Source: a virus (lineage: Duplodnaviria > Caudoviricetes). From it: a stretch of 33,028 nucleotides of DNA. Below the pieces are notes generated by a model that did no database searches, was not told the DNA's origin, and was given only the letters and a program-made list of their open reading frames with translations. The first letter of the stretch is position 1, and each line of letters starts with the position of its first letter. The stretch is from positions 1 to 33,028 of IMG/VR virus record IMGVR_UViG_3300031991_000106; one strand, given 5' to 3'. Made by a program: the position numbers and the translations under genes. Below are positions 7,578 to 16,463 of the stretch, in pieces.

Positions 7578-8988
7578 ACGCTCGCTTGCCCACTTCGTGC
7601 GGCTGGGCTGGCGGAATTTCGATGCGGCGACGTTCCTGTCCAACTGGCACATCGACGCCATCTGCGAACATCTGGAGGCGGTCAGCCGCGGTGAAATCCG
7701 CCGGCTCCTGATCAACATTCCGCCGCGTCACATGAAATCCATCGCGGTTTCGGTCGCGTGGCCGGCCTGGACATGGGCGCAATGCCCGAAGGTCGGCACG
7801 TTGCTGGGCGCACAGGTGAGGTGGCTATTCTCGTCCTATGCACAATCGCTTTCGATCCGCGACAGCGTCAGGTGCCGGCGACTCATCGACAGCCCCTGGT
7901 ATCGATCCTGCTGGGGTGATCGCTTCGCGCACACGAACGATCAGAACACCAAGCTGCGTTTCGAGAACGACCGGCACGGTTACCGGTTGGCGACCTCGGT
8001 CGATGGCGCGCTGACCGGCGAGGGCGGCGATATCCTCGTCGTCGATGATCCTCACAATGTTCGGGAGGCTGAATCCGAACAGGTGCGCGAAAGCGTTCTG
8101 ACCTGGTGGGACGAGGCAATGTCAACCCGGTTGAACGATCCGAAGGTGGGCGCGCAGGTTGTGATCATGCAGCGTGTCCACGAGCGCGATCTTTCGGGGC
8201 ACATCCTCGCCAGGAACAATGGCTGGGCCCATCTCTGCCTGCCGGCACGCTACGAGCCGGACCATCCGCAGGTTTGGTCGCGCGATCCTCGCACGCGATC
8301 CGGCGAGCTGCTGTGGCCAGCGCGGCTCGGCGAGCCCGAGATGGCGACCCTGGAGTCTTCGCTTGGCTCCTACGCCACGGCCGGCCAGTTGCAGCAGCGT
8401 CCGGCGCCGAGAGGCGGCGGGCTGTTCAAACGTCACTGGTTCGAAATCGTGCCGGCGGCCCCCGCTGCAGGAATGCGGGTCCGCCGCTGGGATCTGGCGG
8501 CGACCGAGGCGGGGTCAGGCAATCCCGACTGGAGCGTTGGCGTCAGGATGAGCCGGGACATCGCCGGGTTCTATTTTGTCGAGGACGTCGTCCGACTGCG
8601 CGGTTCCGCCTACGAGGTCGAACAGGCTATCGCGGCGGTGGCCGCTCAGGACGGTTCCGCTGTCCAGATCGGGCTGCCGCAGGATCCCGGGCAGGCGGGC
8701 AAGTCGCAGGTGCAATATCTCATTCGCCAGCTTGCCGGATATGATGTTCGTGCCGCCACGGAAACCGGATCGAAGGACGTGCGCGCCATGCCGCTTTCCG
8801 CCCAGATCGAGGCAGGCAATGTCAAGCTCGTCAGGGCATCATGGAACGACGCATTCCTCGAAGAACTCGCCGGGTTCCCGAATGGCGCCCATGACGACCA
8901 GGTGGACGCGGCCAGCGGAGCCTTCGGAATGCTTGCGCCGGGCATGACAGGCACCGATCTGGCAACGTGGGCGAGGCTTGCAGGCTGA
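7537..8988 (+). CDS. terL: Terminase large subunit; start uncertain (frame open from 7435)
   Basis: Walker A-like 'INIPPRHMKS', Walker B 'ILVVDDPH', 'IMQRVHERD', nuclease 'WDLAAT' and 'HDDQVDA'. Confidence 0.93.
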   Translation: MLPTLSEVQKELAERSLAHFVRLGWRNFDAATFLSNWHIDAICEHLEAVSRGEIRRLLINIPPRHMKSIAVSVAWPAWTWAQCPKVGTLLGAQVRWLFSSYAQSLSIRDSVRCRRLIDSPWYRSCWGDRFAHTNDQNTKLRFENDRHGYRLATSVDGALTGEGGDILVVDDPHNVREAESEQVRESVLTWWDEAMSTRLNDPKVGAQVVIMQRVHERDLSGHILARNNGWAHLCLPARYEPDHPQVWSRDPRTRSGELLWPARLGEPEMATLESSLGSYATAGQLQQRPAPRGGGLFKRHWFEIVPAAPAAGMRVRRWDLAATEAGSGNPDWSVGVRMSRDIAGFYFVEDVVRLRGSAYEVEQAIAAVAAQDGSAVQIGLPQDPGQAGKSQVQYLIRQLAGYDVRAATETGSKDVRAMPLSAQIEAGNVKLVRASWNDAFLEELAGFPNGAHDDQVDAASGAFGMLAPGMTGTDLATWARLAG

Positions 8989-10430
8989 TGGCGCGCAACG
9001 GCAGACAGAAGCCCGCCGAAACGCGCGACAGCTTCCAGAACTTCGAGGCCAGGCTCGGGATCGGGACCGGCAACCTGGCGGACGGAAACGGGTATGGCCT
9101 GAACCCCGTCACCCGCGACCGGCAGCAGATCGAGAACATGTATCGGGGATCGTGGCTGGTCGGAATTGCGGTTGACGCTGTCGCGGAGGACATGACCCGT
9201 GCTGGCGTCGAAATCTCGTCGACGAGCAGTCCAGACGACATAGCCGCGATCGGCGAGGCCATGGATGGACTCGCGCTCTGGTCAGGCATCTGCGAGACGA
9301 TCAAGTGGGCGAGGCTCTATGGCGGCGCCGTCGGCGTGATCCTGGTCGAGGGACAGGACGTGTCGACGCCGCTGCGGCCGGAAAGCGTCTCGCGGGGGCA
9401 GTTCAGGGGCATTCTGCCGCTGGATCGATGGATGGTTGAGCCTTCATTCAATGACCGGATCACGCAACTTGGTCCCGATCTCGGGCTCCCGGTGCGGTAT
9501 TCCGTGTCCACAAACGCGCCGGCACTTTGCGGGCAAAGCGTGCACCACTCCCGGGTCATCCGGGTACACGGCGTTGATCTGCCATACTGGCAGCGAATGA
9601 ACGAAAACGGCTGGGGGCTGTCCGTAATCGAGCGCCTTTACGATCGGCTGGTGGCGTTCGACTCAAGCACCGCCGGGGCGGCCCAGATGATGTTCCGGGC
9701 CCACCTTCGCAACCTCAAGATTCCCGGGCTGCGCAACATCATCTCCATGGGCGGGCCTGCCTTTGAGGGGTTGTTCAAGCAGATCGAGTTGATCCGGCGT
9801 TTCCAGAGCAATGAAGGCCTGACACTGCTCGATGGCGAGGACCAGTTCGAGACACATCAATACGCGTTCACCGGGCTGTCCGATCTTCTGCTTCAGTTCG
9901 GGCAGCAGGTTTCCGGTGCGCTCGAAATCCCGCTTGTCCGCCTGTTCGGCCAATCGCCGGCCGGACTGAATGCGACCGGCGATTCCGATCTGCGCATCTA
10001 CTACGACAAGATCCTGCAACAGCAGGAGCGGCGGCTCCGGCGCCCCATGGGCGTCGTGCTCGAACTCCTGCACCGCTCCGTGATCGGCGCGGACAAACCG
10101 CGGGGTTTCAGCTTCAAGTTCCGCCCGCTGTGGCAGATGTCCGAGATCGACAAGTCGGGGATTGCCGGCGCTATCACCGCCGCCGTGATCGCCGCCCACG
10201 AGAGCGGCATCGTGGATCGCGCGACAGCGATGAAGGAAATGCGCCAGTCGTCCGAGGTGACGGGCGTCTGGTCGAATATCTCGGACGAGGCGATAGAGTC
10301 GGCCGAAGGCGATGCCCCGCCAATGTCCGTACTGACCGAAACGAAACCGATGGAGCCGGGCCCGGATGTGGACCCCCACCTCGTTCCAGACATCCAGGAC
10401 GCAAGACGAGGCCAGGCCGCGCGGCCGTAA
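8988..10430 (+). CDS. Portal protein (DUF1073-type)
   Basis: Follows terL with TGATG overlap; 'YRGSWLVG.AVDAVAEDMTR', 'WARLYGG', 'IPLVRLFGQSPAGLNATGDSD..YYD'. Confidence 0.88.
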   Translation: MARNGRQKPAETRDSFQNFEARLGIGTGNLADGNGYGLNPVTRDRQQIENMYRGSWLVGIAVDAVAEDMTRAGVEISSTSSPDDIAAIGEAMDGLALWSGICETIKWARLYGGAVGVILVEGQDVSTPLRPESVSRGQFRGILPLDRWMVEPSFNDRITQLGPDLGLPVRYSVSTNAPALCGQSVHHSRVIRVHGVDLPYWQRMNENGWGLSVIERLYDRLVAFDSSTAGAAQMMFRAHLRNLKIPGLRNIISMGGPAFEGLFKQIELIRRFQSNEGLTLLDGEDQFETHQYAFTGLSDLLLQFGQQVSGALEIPLVRLFGQSPAGLNATGDSDLRIYYDKILQQQERRLRRPMGVVLELLHRSVIGADKPRGFSFKFRPLWQMSEIDKSGIAGAITAAVIAAHESGIVDRATAMKEMRQSSEVTGVWSNISDEAIESAEGDAPPMSVLTETKPMEPGPDVDPHLVPDIQDARRGQAARP

Positions 10431-11154
10431 GTCGGAATTCGCCCGGGCCAGGAAGGCCGAAAAACAGTACGCCTCACAATTGCGCCGGATCGCCCGTGTG
10501 ATTGCCGGGATCATCGCGGCCTTTGATGCCGATGCCACTGAAGGCCGAACATCGATCCGTCAGGCGCTGCTCGACTACGGCGGGATCATCGGATCGTGGG
10601 CGGAGGCGGCCGCGCGCAGGATGATCGCGGAAGTGATCGCGCGCGATGAGGCGGCATGGATCAGAACCGGCCGCAACATGGGTGTTGCCCTGAAACAGGA
10701 GATCGCGGGAGCCCGCACTGGCGAAGCGATGCGGAAGGTCCTGGCGGAACAGGTCGGGCTGATCAAAAGTCTGCCGCTTCAGGCCGCCCAGCGTGTTCAT
10801 GAACTCGCGATCAAGGGCATCGAGGAAGGCGCGAGAGCCTCGGCGATCGGGGCCGAGATCATGCGCATCAGCGACGTCACCGCCGCCCGTGCGAACCTGA
10901 TTGCCCGAACCGAGGTGGCCAGGACCGCATCGGTTCTCACGCAGGTCCGGGCGCAGCATATCGGAAGTGCCGGTTACATCTGGCGGACGGCGGCGGACAG
11001 CGATGTCAGGCCGTCGCATCGCGCCATGAGCGGGAAATTCGTGGCGTGGGAAACCCCGCCGACGCTCGATGGTCTGGTCGGGCACGCCGGCTGCTTGCCA
11101 AACTGCCGGTGCTATCCCGAGCCGGTCATTCCGGAGGACCGTATTTCTTTTTGA
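10366..11154 (+). CDS. Head morphogenesis protein (SPP1 gp7 / Mu F family)
   Basis: 'RANLIARTEV', 'YIWRTAADSDVRPSH', 'PNCRCYPEP'. Confidence 0.9.
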   Translation: MWTPTSFQTSRTQDEARPRGRKSEFARARKAEKQYASQLRRIARVIAGIIAAFDADATEGRTSIRQALLDYGGIIGSWAEAAARRMIAEVIARDEAAWIRTGRNMGVALKQEIAGARTGEAMRKVLAEQVGLIKSLPLQAAQRVHELAIKGIEEGARASAIGAEIMRISDVTAARANLIARTEVARTASVLTQVRAQHIGSAGYIWRTAADSDVRPSHRAMSGKFVAWETPPTLDGLVGHAGCLPNCRCYPEPVIPEDRISF

Positions 11155-11368
11155 TCGCCGCGACGAAGTCGTATTCGACTTCGGCCCTGGCGAGTTCGAT
11201 TGCGCCGGGCTCGCCCCGCGCGATGCGCACAAGTAGATTGCGCCATTCTTCAAGCCGACGGGCGGCAGCCCATTCGATGGTGTTCTCGACCGGCATTTCG
11301 GCGGCATCCGCTGACTGCTCGGCGAGGAAATCCAGGTCTTCTATCAAGCCTTCGGGTGCGTCGCGCAT
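11126..11368 (-). CDS. Small acidic hypothetical protein inserted antisense in the head module
   Basis: Fills the 212-nt gap between the gp7-like gene and the DUF2213 gene; protein-like helical sequence (MRDAPEGLIEDLDFLAEQ...); start may be 11368 or 11383. Confidence 0.55.
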   Translation of the reverse strand: MRDAPEGLIEDLDFLAEQSADAAEMPVENTIEWAAARRLEEWRNLLVRIARGEPGAIELARAEVEYDFVAAIKKKYGPPE

Positions 11369-11369
11369 G

Positions 11370-12710
11370 ATGTGGTACGTCATGGAAATGTTGGGGCCCT
11401 TTCAAGCCCTGACGCCAGAGGGGTTCCTGATCTGCCAGTCTACCCCGATCGGGCGGACCGGCACCATGGATTATCTGCCATCCGAAGTCCCGGTGGAACC
11501 CGGCGGTGATGGCATCGTGCGGATCGAGCGCGACGAGACGGAACTTTTTTCGCCGGACACGATCGCCTCGTTCGAGGGCAAGCCGGTCACGCTGGACCAC
11601 CCGGGCGAGGATGTCGGGCCCGAAAACTGGCGGCAGCTTGCCGTCGGCTTCATCCAGAACGTTCGCAGGGGAGAGGGTGAGGCGAGCGACACGCTGGTTG
11701 CCGATCTCCTCATCACCGACTCCGCTGCCATTGCCGCCGTCCGCGCCGGCATGCGGGAAGTCTCGTGCGGCTACGACGCCGGCTACGAGCAGATTGAACC
11801 TGGTCGCGGGCGGCAAACCACAATCAGGGGAAACCACGTCGCGCTTGTCGACAAAGGGCGTTGCGGTCCCCGCTGCTCAATCAAGGACAGGAAACCTGAC
11901 ATGGCCAAGCGTACAGTTTGGGACCGCCTTCGCACGGCCTTCAAGGCCAAGGACGAGGCGGCATTCGAGGAAGAGATGAAAGCTGCCCAGGACGAGACTG
12001 GCGATGATCCGCAGACCGTCGTCATCCGCCTCGAGGGCCCGGAAGCCGTCAAGCCCGATGCGGCGAAGGATCAGGATGACCCCGCCGGCAAGGATCCGAT
12101 GGAACGCCTGACCAATGCCGTGATGGAGGTGGCCAATCGCCTCACTTCCATCGAAGAGCGGGTTTCCAGGATGGAAACCGGAGCCGCCGACCGGGCCAGG
12201 GATGAAGCGGCCGAAAAGGGCGACGACAAGGACGCCAAGACCGACAAGGACGACAAGACCGACAAGGACGACAAGACCGACAAGGACGACAAGGAAACCG
12301 CCGTCACGACAGGCGACTCCGCGTCTCTCATCGAGGAGTTTCGTCAAACCGTGGCGGGCGCGGAAATCCTGGCGCCGGGCCTGAAGCTCCCGACGCTGGA
12401 CGCGAGGGCGACCGCCAGGAGCACGCAGGACTCGCTTTGCGCGCTCCGCCGGAAAGCGTTGAAGGCCGCTCACGATGACGAGACCGGCAACGGGTTCGTC
12501 GCACCGCTTCTGGCCGGAGCCAATGCGGATATTTCCACGATGACCTGCGACACCGTCCGCGTGCTGTTCAATGGCGCGGCGACACTTGCCCGCCAGTCGA
12601 ACAACGATCGGATCGGCCTGGAGCAGCCCGGTCTCACAAGCCGCGTGCAGGTCGTCTCGGTTGCCGAGCTCAACAAGCGAAACCGCGAAGTCTGGAACAA
12701 GGCCCGCTGA
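11370..12710 (+). CDS. Prohead protease/scaffold (DUF2213-type)
   Basis: 'LTPEGFLIC...IGRTG', 'TIASFEGKPVTLDHP', 'REVSCGYDA', 'GNHVALVDKGRCGPRCSI' followed by an acidic scaffold-like region. Confidence 0.87.
   Translation: MWYVMEMLGPFQALTPEGFLICQSTPIGRTGTMDYLPSEVPVEPGGDGIVRIERDETELFSPDTIASFEGKPVTLDHPGEDVGPENWRQLAVGFIQNVRRGEGEASDTLVADLLITDSAAIAAVRAGMREVSCGYDAGYEQIEPGRGRQTTIRGNHVALVDKGRCGPRCSIKDRKPDMAKRTVWDRLRTAFKAKDEAAFEEEMKAAQDETGDDPQTVVIRLEGPEAVKPDAAKDQDDPAGKDPMERLTNAVMEVANRLTSIEERVSRMETGAADRARDEAAEKGDDKDAKTDKDDKTDKDDKTDKDDKETAVTTGDSASLIEEFRQTVAGAEILAPGLKLPTLDARATARSTQDSLCALRRKALKAAHDDETGNGFVAPLLAGANADISTMTCDTVRVLFNGAATLARQSNNDRIGLEQPGLTSRVQVVSVAELNKRNREVWNKAR
12225..12293 (+). repeat. 18-bp in-frame tandem repeat (about 4 copies, DKDDKT)
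   Basis: GACAAGGACGACAAGACC units in the scaffold region. Confidence 0.9.
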
Positions 12711-12734
12711 GATCGGGACAGAAAGGACAATTCC

Positions 12735-13214
12735 ATGGTTGCCTTCAAATACCGGATGCCGGCGGGCATCCCGGGCAGCGTGACACGTACCGAACACGCA
12801 ACAATCGAACCGGGGATCGTCGACGCCGCCGGCACGCCCGCCGCTTTCGGATCGTTCGTGAAAGTGGTTGCGGGCAAGGTGCGGGCGATCGCCGCGGATG
12901 ATACGGCGGCGGTCGTCTACGGGCTGCTGGTGCGGTCTTTCCCCACTCAGGCTTCGCAAGACGGGCTTGGGGCTTCAACGCCTCCTGCCGGATCCGGCAG
13001 CGTGATGCGCCGGGGCTACATGACCGTCCTTCTCACGCAGGGCAGCGCGGCAAGGAACAGCCCGGTCCATCTCCGCGTCGTTGCCGCCGCAGGCAAGGCC
13101 ATCGGCGACATCGAGGCGGTGGCCGATGGCACCAACAGCTTTGTCGTCCCGGGCGCCGTGTTCATGGGCCCGGCGGACGCCGGCGGCAATGTCGAAATCG
13201 CTTTCAACATCTGA
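12735..13214 (+). CDS. Capsid decoration/cement protein
   Basis: Position between scaffold and major capsid; 'YRMPAGIPG', 'VMRRGYMTV', 'GNVEIAFNI'; AAGGA Shine-Dalgarno. Confidence 0.75.
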   Translation: MVAFKYRMPAGIPGSVTRTEHATIEPGIVDAAGTPAAFGSFVKVVAGKVRAIAADDTAAVVYGLLVRSFPTQASQDGLGASTPPAGSGSVMRRGYMTVLLTQGSAARNSPVHLRVVAAAGKAIGDIEAVADGTNSFVVPGAVFMGPADAGGNVEIAFNI

Positions 13215-13224
13215 GGACAGGCCA

Positions 13225-14280
13225 ATGACGATCAATTTTCATGACATCGAGGCGGCCGGTCCTGCCCGCCCCGCCATCATCCGCGCCCGCACGCTGGATC
13301 AGATGATGACCTATGACCGCCGCACCGTGGACTCCACCGGCGTGTTTCTCGTCGGTGAACTGGAGCGTCTCGATCAGACGCTGCACGAGCCGCTGATTTC
13401 GTACACATGGTCGCGCGACATCGACCTGCGTGAGGATGTGAGTGTTTCCGACGAGGTCTCGTCCTTCACGAATTCCTCGTTCGCGTCGACGGGCGGCATC
13501 AGGCCCAATGGCAAATCGTGGGTCGGCAAGTCGGCCAATGCGATCCCGGCGATCACGGTGGATATCGGCAAGACGCCTCAGCCGCTGCATCTCTGGGCGC
13601 ATGAGATTTCGTTCACCCTTCCGGAACTCGAAAGCGCCCTCAAACTCGGCCGCCGGGTCGATGATCAGAAATACCAGGGCATGCAGATCAAATGGAACAT
13701 GGACGTCGACGAGATGGTCTATGTCGGCGATGACGAGTATGGTCACGCCGGTCTGACAAACGCACCTCTGGTCACGCCGGCCAACGTCGCCGCCAACGCG
13801 GCTGCAACATCCACCAGGTGGCGTCTGAAGAGCCCCGCTGAAATCCTCGCCGACGTCAATGAGTTGCTGAATGCGACCTGGGCCGCGTCGGCATGGGCCG
13901 TGATCCCCAACAAGCTGTTGCTGCCGCCGGAGCAGTACGGCTACATCGTCTCGCAGACGGTTTCGGCGGCCGGTTCGGTGTCCATCCTCAAGTTCCTGAT
14001 GGAGAACAACCTGGCCATGCAGAACGGCCAGAAGCTCGAAATCCAGCCCACCAAGTGGCTGATCGGGCGCGGGGCCGGCGGGACGCCCGGCACTCTCAAT
14101 ACCGTTGATCGCATGGTTGCCTATACCCAGGACCGGAACCGGGTGCGCTACCCGCTGACCACCCTGCAGCGCACGCCGATCGAGTACCGGTCGCTCCACC
14201 AGATCACCACCTATTGGGGCCGCCTCGGGGTGATGGAGTTCGTCTACTCCGAAACCATCGGCTACCGCGATGGCATCTGA
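13225..14280 (+). CDS. Major capsid protein (DUF2184-type)
   Basis: 'FLVGELERLD..LHEPL...TWSRDI.LREDV', 'MDVDEMVYVGD'; GAGGA Shine-Dalgarno; 351 aa. Confidence 0.88.
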   Translation: MTINFHDIEAAGPARPAIIRARTLDQMMTYDRRTVDSTGVFLVGELERLDQTLHEPLISYTWSRDIDLREDVSVSDEVSSFTNSSFASTGGIRPNGKSWVGKSANAIPAITVDIGKTPQPLHLWAHEISFTLPELESALKLGRRVDDQKYQGMQIKWNMDVDEMVYVGDDEYGHAGLTNAPLVTPANVAANAAATSTRWRLKSPAEILADVNELLNATWAASAWAVIPNKLLLPPEQYGYIVSQTVSAAGSVSILKFLMENNLAMQNGQKLEIQPTKWLIGRGAGGTPGTLNTVDRMVAYTQDRNRVRYPLTTLQRTPIEYRSLHQITTYWGRLGVMEFVYSETIGYRDGI

Positions 14281-14290
14281 GGAGGCCGGC

Positions 14291-14638
14291 ATGGTGATGA
14301 TCAAGGTGGCGCGACCCTTCATGCTGCGCCGGGAGGGCCTTGCGGACAAGGTGTTCAAACCGGGCCTGAACAATGTGAGCGACGATGTCGCCGCTCACTG
14401 GTACGTCCGCGCCAATCTCGAAGATGAACCGGAGATCGTCACCGGCGATGCCGCCGTGCTGGAAGATCCTGACACGCCGATTGATGGTGGCGCCGGTTCA
14501 GCCGATGCCGGGCAAGCGAATGACCTGCGCAAGGCGCTCCTGACGGATGCCAGGCAACTTGGCGTCGCCGTCGATGGCCGGTGGTCGGATGCCAGGATCA
14601 AGGCCGCCATCGCCATGTCAGGGCAGGCCGGGACGTGA
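14291..14638 (+). CDS. Phage head-associated hypothetical protein
   Basis: GGAGG Shine-Dalgarno; 'VAAHWYV' and C-terminal HeH-like 'ARQLGVAVDGRWSDARIKAAI'. Confidence 0.7.
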   Translation: MVMIKVARPFMLRREGLADKVFKPGLNNVSDDVAAHWYVRANLEDEPEIVTGDAAVLEDPDTPIDGGAGSADAGQANDLRKALLTDARQLGVAVDGRWSDARIKAAIAMSGQAGT

Positions 14639-15024
14639 GCGTCACGGCTTCGACCTTCCGGGTGAACTTTCCGGAGTTTGCCAATGTCGAGACCTATCCC
14701 GATGTCGCGCTGGCCTACTGGCTGGGCATCGCGGCAATTCGGCTCAATGCTGACCGGTGGGGCGTATTGCTCGATCACGGCACCGAATTGTTCGTCGCCC
14801 ACCAGATCGCGTTGAGCGCGCTCGATGCGAAGGCGGCGATGGCAGGCGGCACGCCGGGGCTGACGGGCGCTGTTCTCGCCAGCAAGAGCGTTGACCGGGT
14901 CTCGGTCACCTATGACACCGCCTCGACCCTGACCGAGGGTGCAGGCGACTGGAACGCAACGCGGTACGGCCGGCAGTTCTGGGAACTGGCCGGACTGACA
15001 GGCGCAGGCGGGGTGCAGCTGTGA
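14635..15024 (+). CDS. Head-tail connector (DUF4054-type)
   Basis: 'FRVNFPEF', 'LFVAHQ', 'SKSVDRVSVTYD', 'WNATRYGRQF'; GTGA overlap. Confidence 0.82.
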   Translation: MSVTASTFRVNFPEFANVETYPDVALAYWLGIAAIRLNADRWGVLLDHGTELFVAHQIALSALDAKAAMAGGTPGLTGAVLASKSVDRVSVTYDTASTLTEGAGDWNATRYGRQFWELAGLTGAGGVQL

Positions 15025-15503
15025 GCGTCAAGGTCAGGAAGGACAGGATTGCTCAGGTCGTGAAGCAGGTCCGCTCCCTGGCCCGGCGCGAGGTGCTGGT
15101 CGGCATCCCTTCCGCGGCCGCCGGGCGCAAGGAAGGTGCGATCACCAACGCATCGCTCGGCTACATCCACGAGAACGGCTCGCCCGCGAACAATATTCCG
15201 GCGCGGCCGTTTCTCGTTCCGGGCGCGGCATCGATCTCCGCCCAGGCGTCGGCGCGCTTCGAGGCTACGGCGCGGGCGGCGCTGTCGGGCAAGGACGACG
15301 CAGTCGAAAAGGGGCTGAATGAGGTCGGCCTGATCGGCCAGAACGCCGTTCGCGCCAGGATCAACTCCGGCGAATTCGCGCCCCTTTCCGAGCAGACCCT
15401 GGCGGCGCGCCGGCGTCGCGGGCGCAGCGGCACGAAGCCGCTCATCGATTCTGGTCAGTTGCGCAATTCGATCACCTACTCGATCCGCCCGAAGGGCAGG
15501 TGA
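15021..15503 (+). CDS. Neck/tail-completion protein
   Basis: 'IHENGSP..NIPARPFL', 'KPLIDSGQLRNSITY'. Confidence 0.78.
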   Translation: MSVKVRKDRIAQVVKQVRSLARREVLVGIPSAAAGRKEGAITNASLGYIHENGSPANNIPARPFLVPGAASISAQASARFEATARAALSGKDDAVEKGLNEVGLIGQNAVRARINSGEFAPLSEQTLAARRRRGRSGTKPLIDSGQLRNSITYSIRPKGR

Positions 15504-15504
15504 C

Positions 15505-15873
15505 ATGACGCTTCTCGATGTCTCCGATGTGCTGGCGGACCCGCTCTTTGCCTCCTCGCTCGTCGTCATCCGTTCAGTCCAGAGCGTCGGAGCGAACGGC
15601 CGCGCCACCTTCGCAGTCCGGGAAATCCCGATCTCAGGCGTCGTGACGGCGGCACAGGGCGGCCTCCTGGAGCGCATGGCCGATGCCGGGCGCATCAGGG
15701 GCAGCATCATGGTCCACACCACGTTCCGTCTGTTCGAGGCGTCCGGCAGCACCGATGCCGATGTCGTGCGCTGGCAGGGGCGCGACTATACGGTGTTCTC
15801 GGTCGCCGATTACTCGAGCTACGGCGCCGGATTCGTAGCGGCTGAATGTGAGCTGAAGCCGCTGTCGCCATGA
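15505..15873 (+). CDS. Head closure / head-tail adaptor protein
   Basis: Gene order and 'LDVSDVLADP', 'ADVVRWQGRDY', 'YGAGFV'. Confidence 0.7.
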   Translation: MTLLDVSDVLADPLFASSLVVIRSVQSVGANGRATFAVREIPISGVVTAAQGGLLERMADAGRIRGSIMVHTTFRLFEASGSTDADVVRWQGRDYTVFSVADYSSYGAGFVAAECELKPLSP

Positions 15874-16460
15874 GCCAGAACACCAGCGCGACGGGCGGCT
15901 ATCTGTCGCCGCAGCCCGAAACCGATCCGGCCGAAGACGTCGCGCTCGAAGACCAGTTGCAGGCCATCGTCGCCGGCATCACCGGCATTCCAGGCCATCT
16001 GGTGCGGCCACGCTGGCAGCCCGTCCCGCCAAAGCAGCCTTCGGTCGACACCGACTGGTGCGCGATCGGCATTGTCAGGATCACGCCGGACGACAATGCG
16101 GTGATCGCCCACCAGCCCGCGGGCGAGGGGACCGACGCGCTGCAGCGCCACGAGACGATCGAGGTACTGGCGAGCTTCTACGGGCCCGGGGGCTATCGCG
16201 GCGCGGCGCGATTAAGGGACGGGTTCCCGGTCGCACAGAACCGCGAGGCGATGTTCCTGATCGGCATGGGCTTCATCGATACAGACGCGATCGTTTCGGC
16301 GCCGGACCTGGTCAATCAGCAATGGCTGCGGCGGGCCGACCTTGCCTTCCGGCTCCGGCGCCGGATCGATCGCACCTATCCCGTCCTCCATCTCCTTTCG
16401 GCGGCCGGCACCATCCGCGGCGAAGACGGCCGAACCCAACCCTTCAGAACGGGAGAATGA
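15870..16460 (+). CDS. Tail terminator / neck protein
   Basis: Precedes sheath; 'NTSATGGYL', 'VRPRWQP', 'SFYGP'. Confidence 0.72.
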   Translation: MSQNTSATGGYLSPQPETDPAEDVALEDQLQAIVAGITGIPGHLVRPRWQPVPPKQPSVDTDWCAIGIVRITPDDNAVIAHQPAGEGTDALQRHETIEVLASFYGPGGYRGAARLRDGFPVAQNREAMFLIGMGFIDTDAIVSAPDLVNQQWLRRADLAFRLRRRIDRTYPVLHLLSAAGTIRGEDGRTQPFRTGE

Positions 16461-16463
16461 CGC

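Noticed and set aside
6552-7718. 388-aa minus-strand ORF as one protein
   Set aside because: Only the last 144 aa (from ATG 6986, with SD) look real; the rest is antisense to terS/terL.
8988-10430. Anti-CBASS (Acb1) function sometimes attached to DUF1073 proteins
   Set aside because: Position, size and motifs fit a portal; no separate phosphoesterase domain with paired HxT motifs was seen.
12225-12293. CRISPR array (also considered for 1193-1229 and 6513-6544)
   Set aside because: Repeats are directly tandem with no spacers and no cas genes are present.
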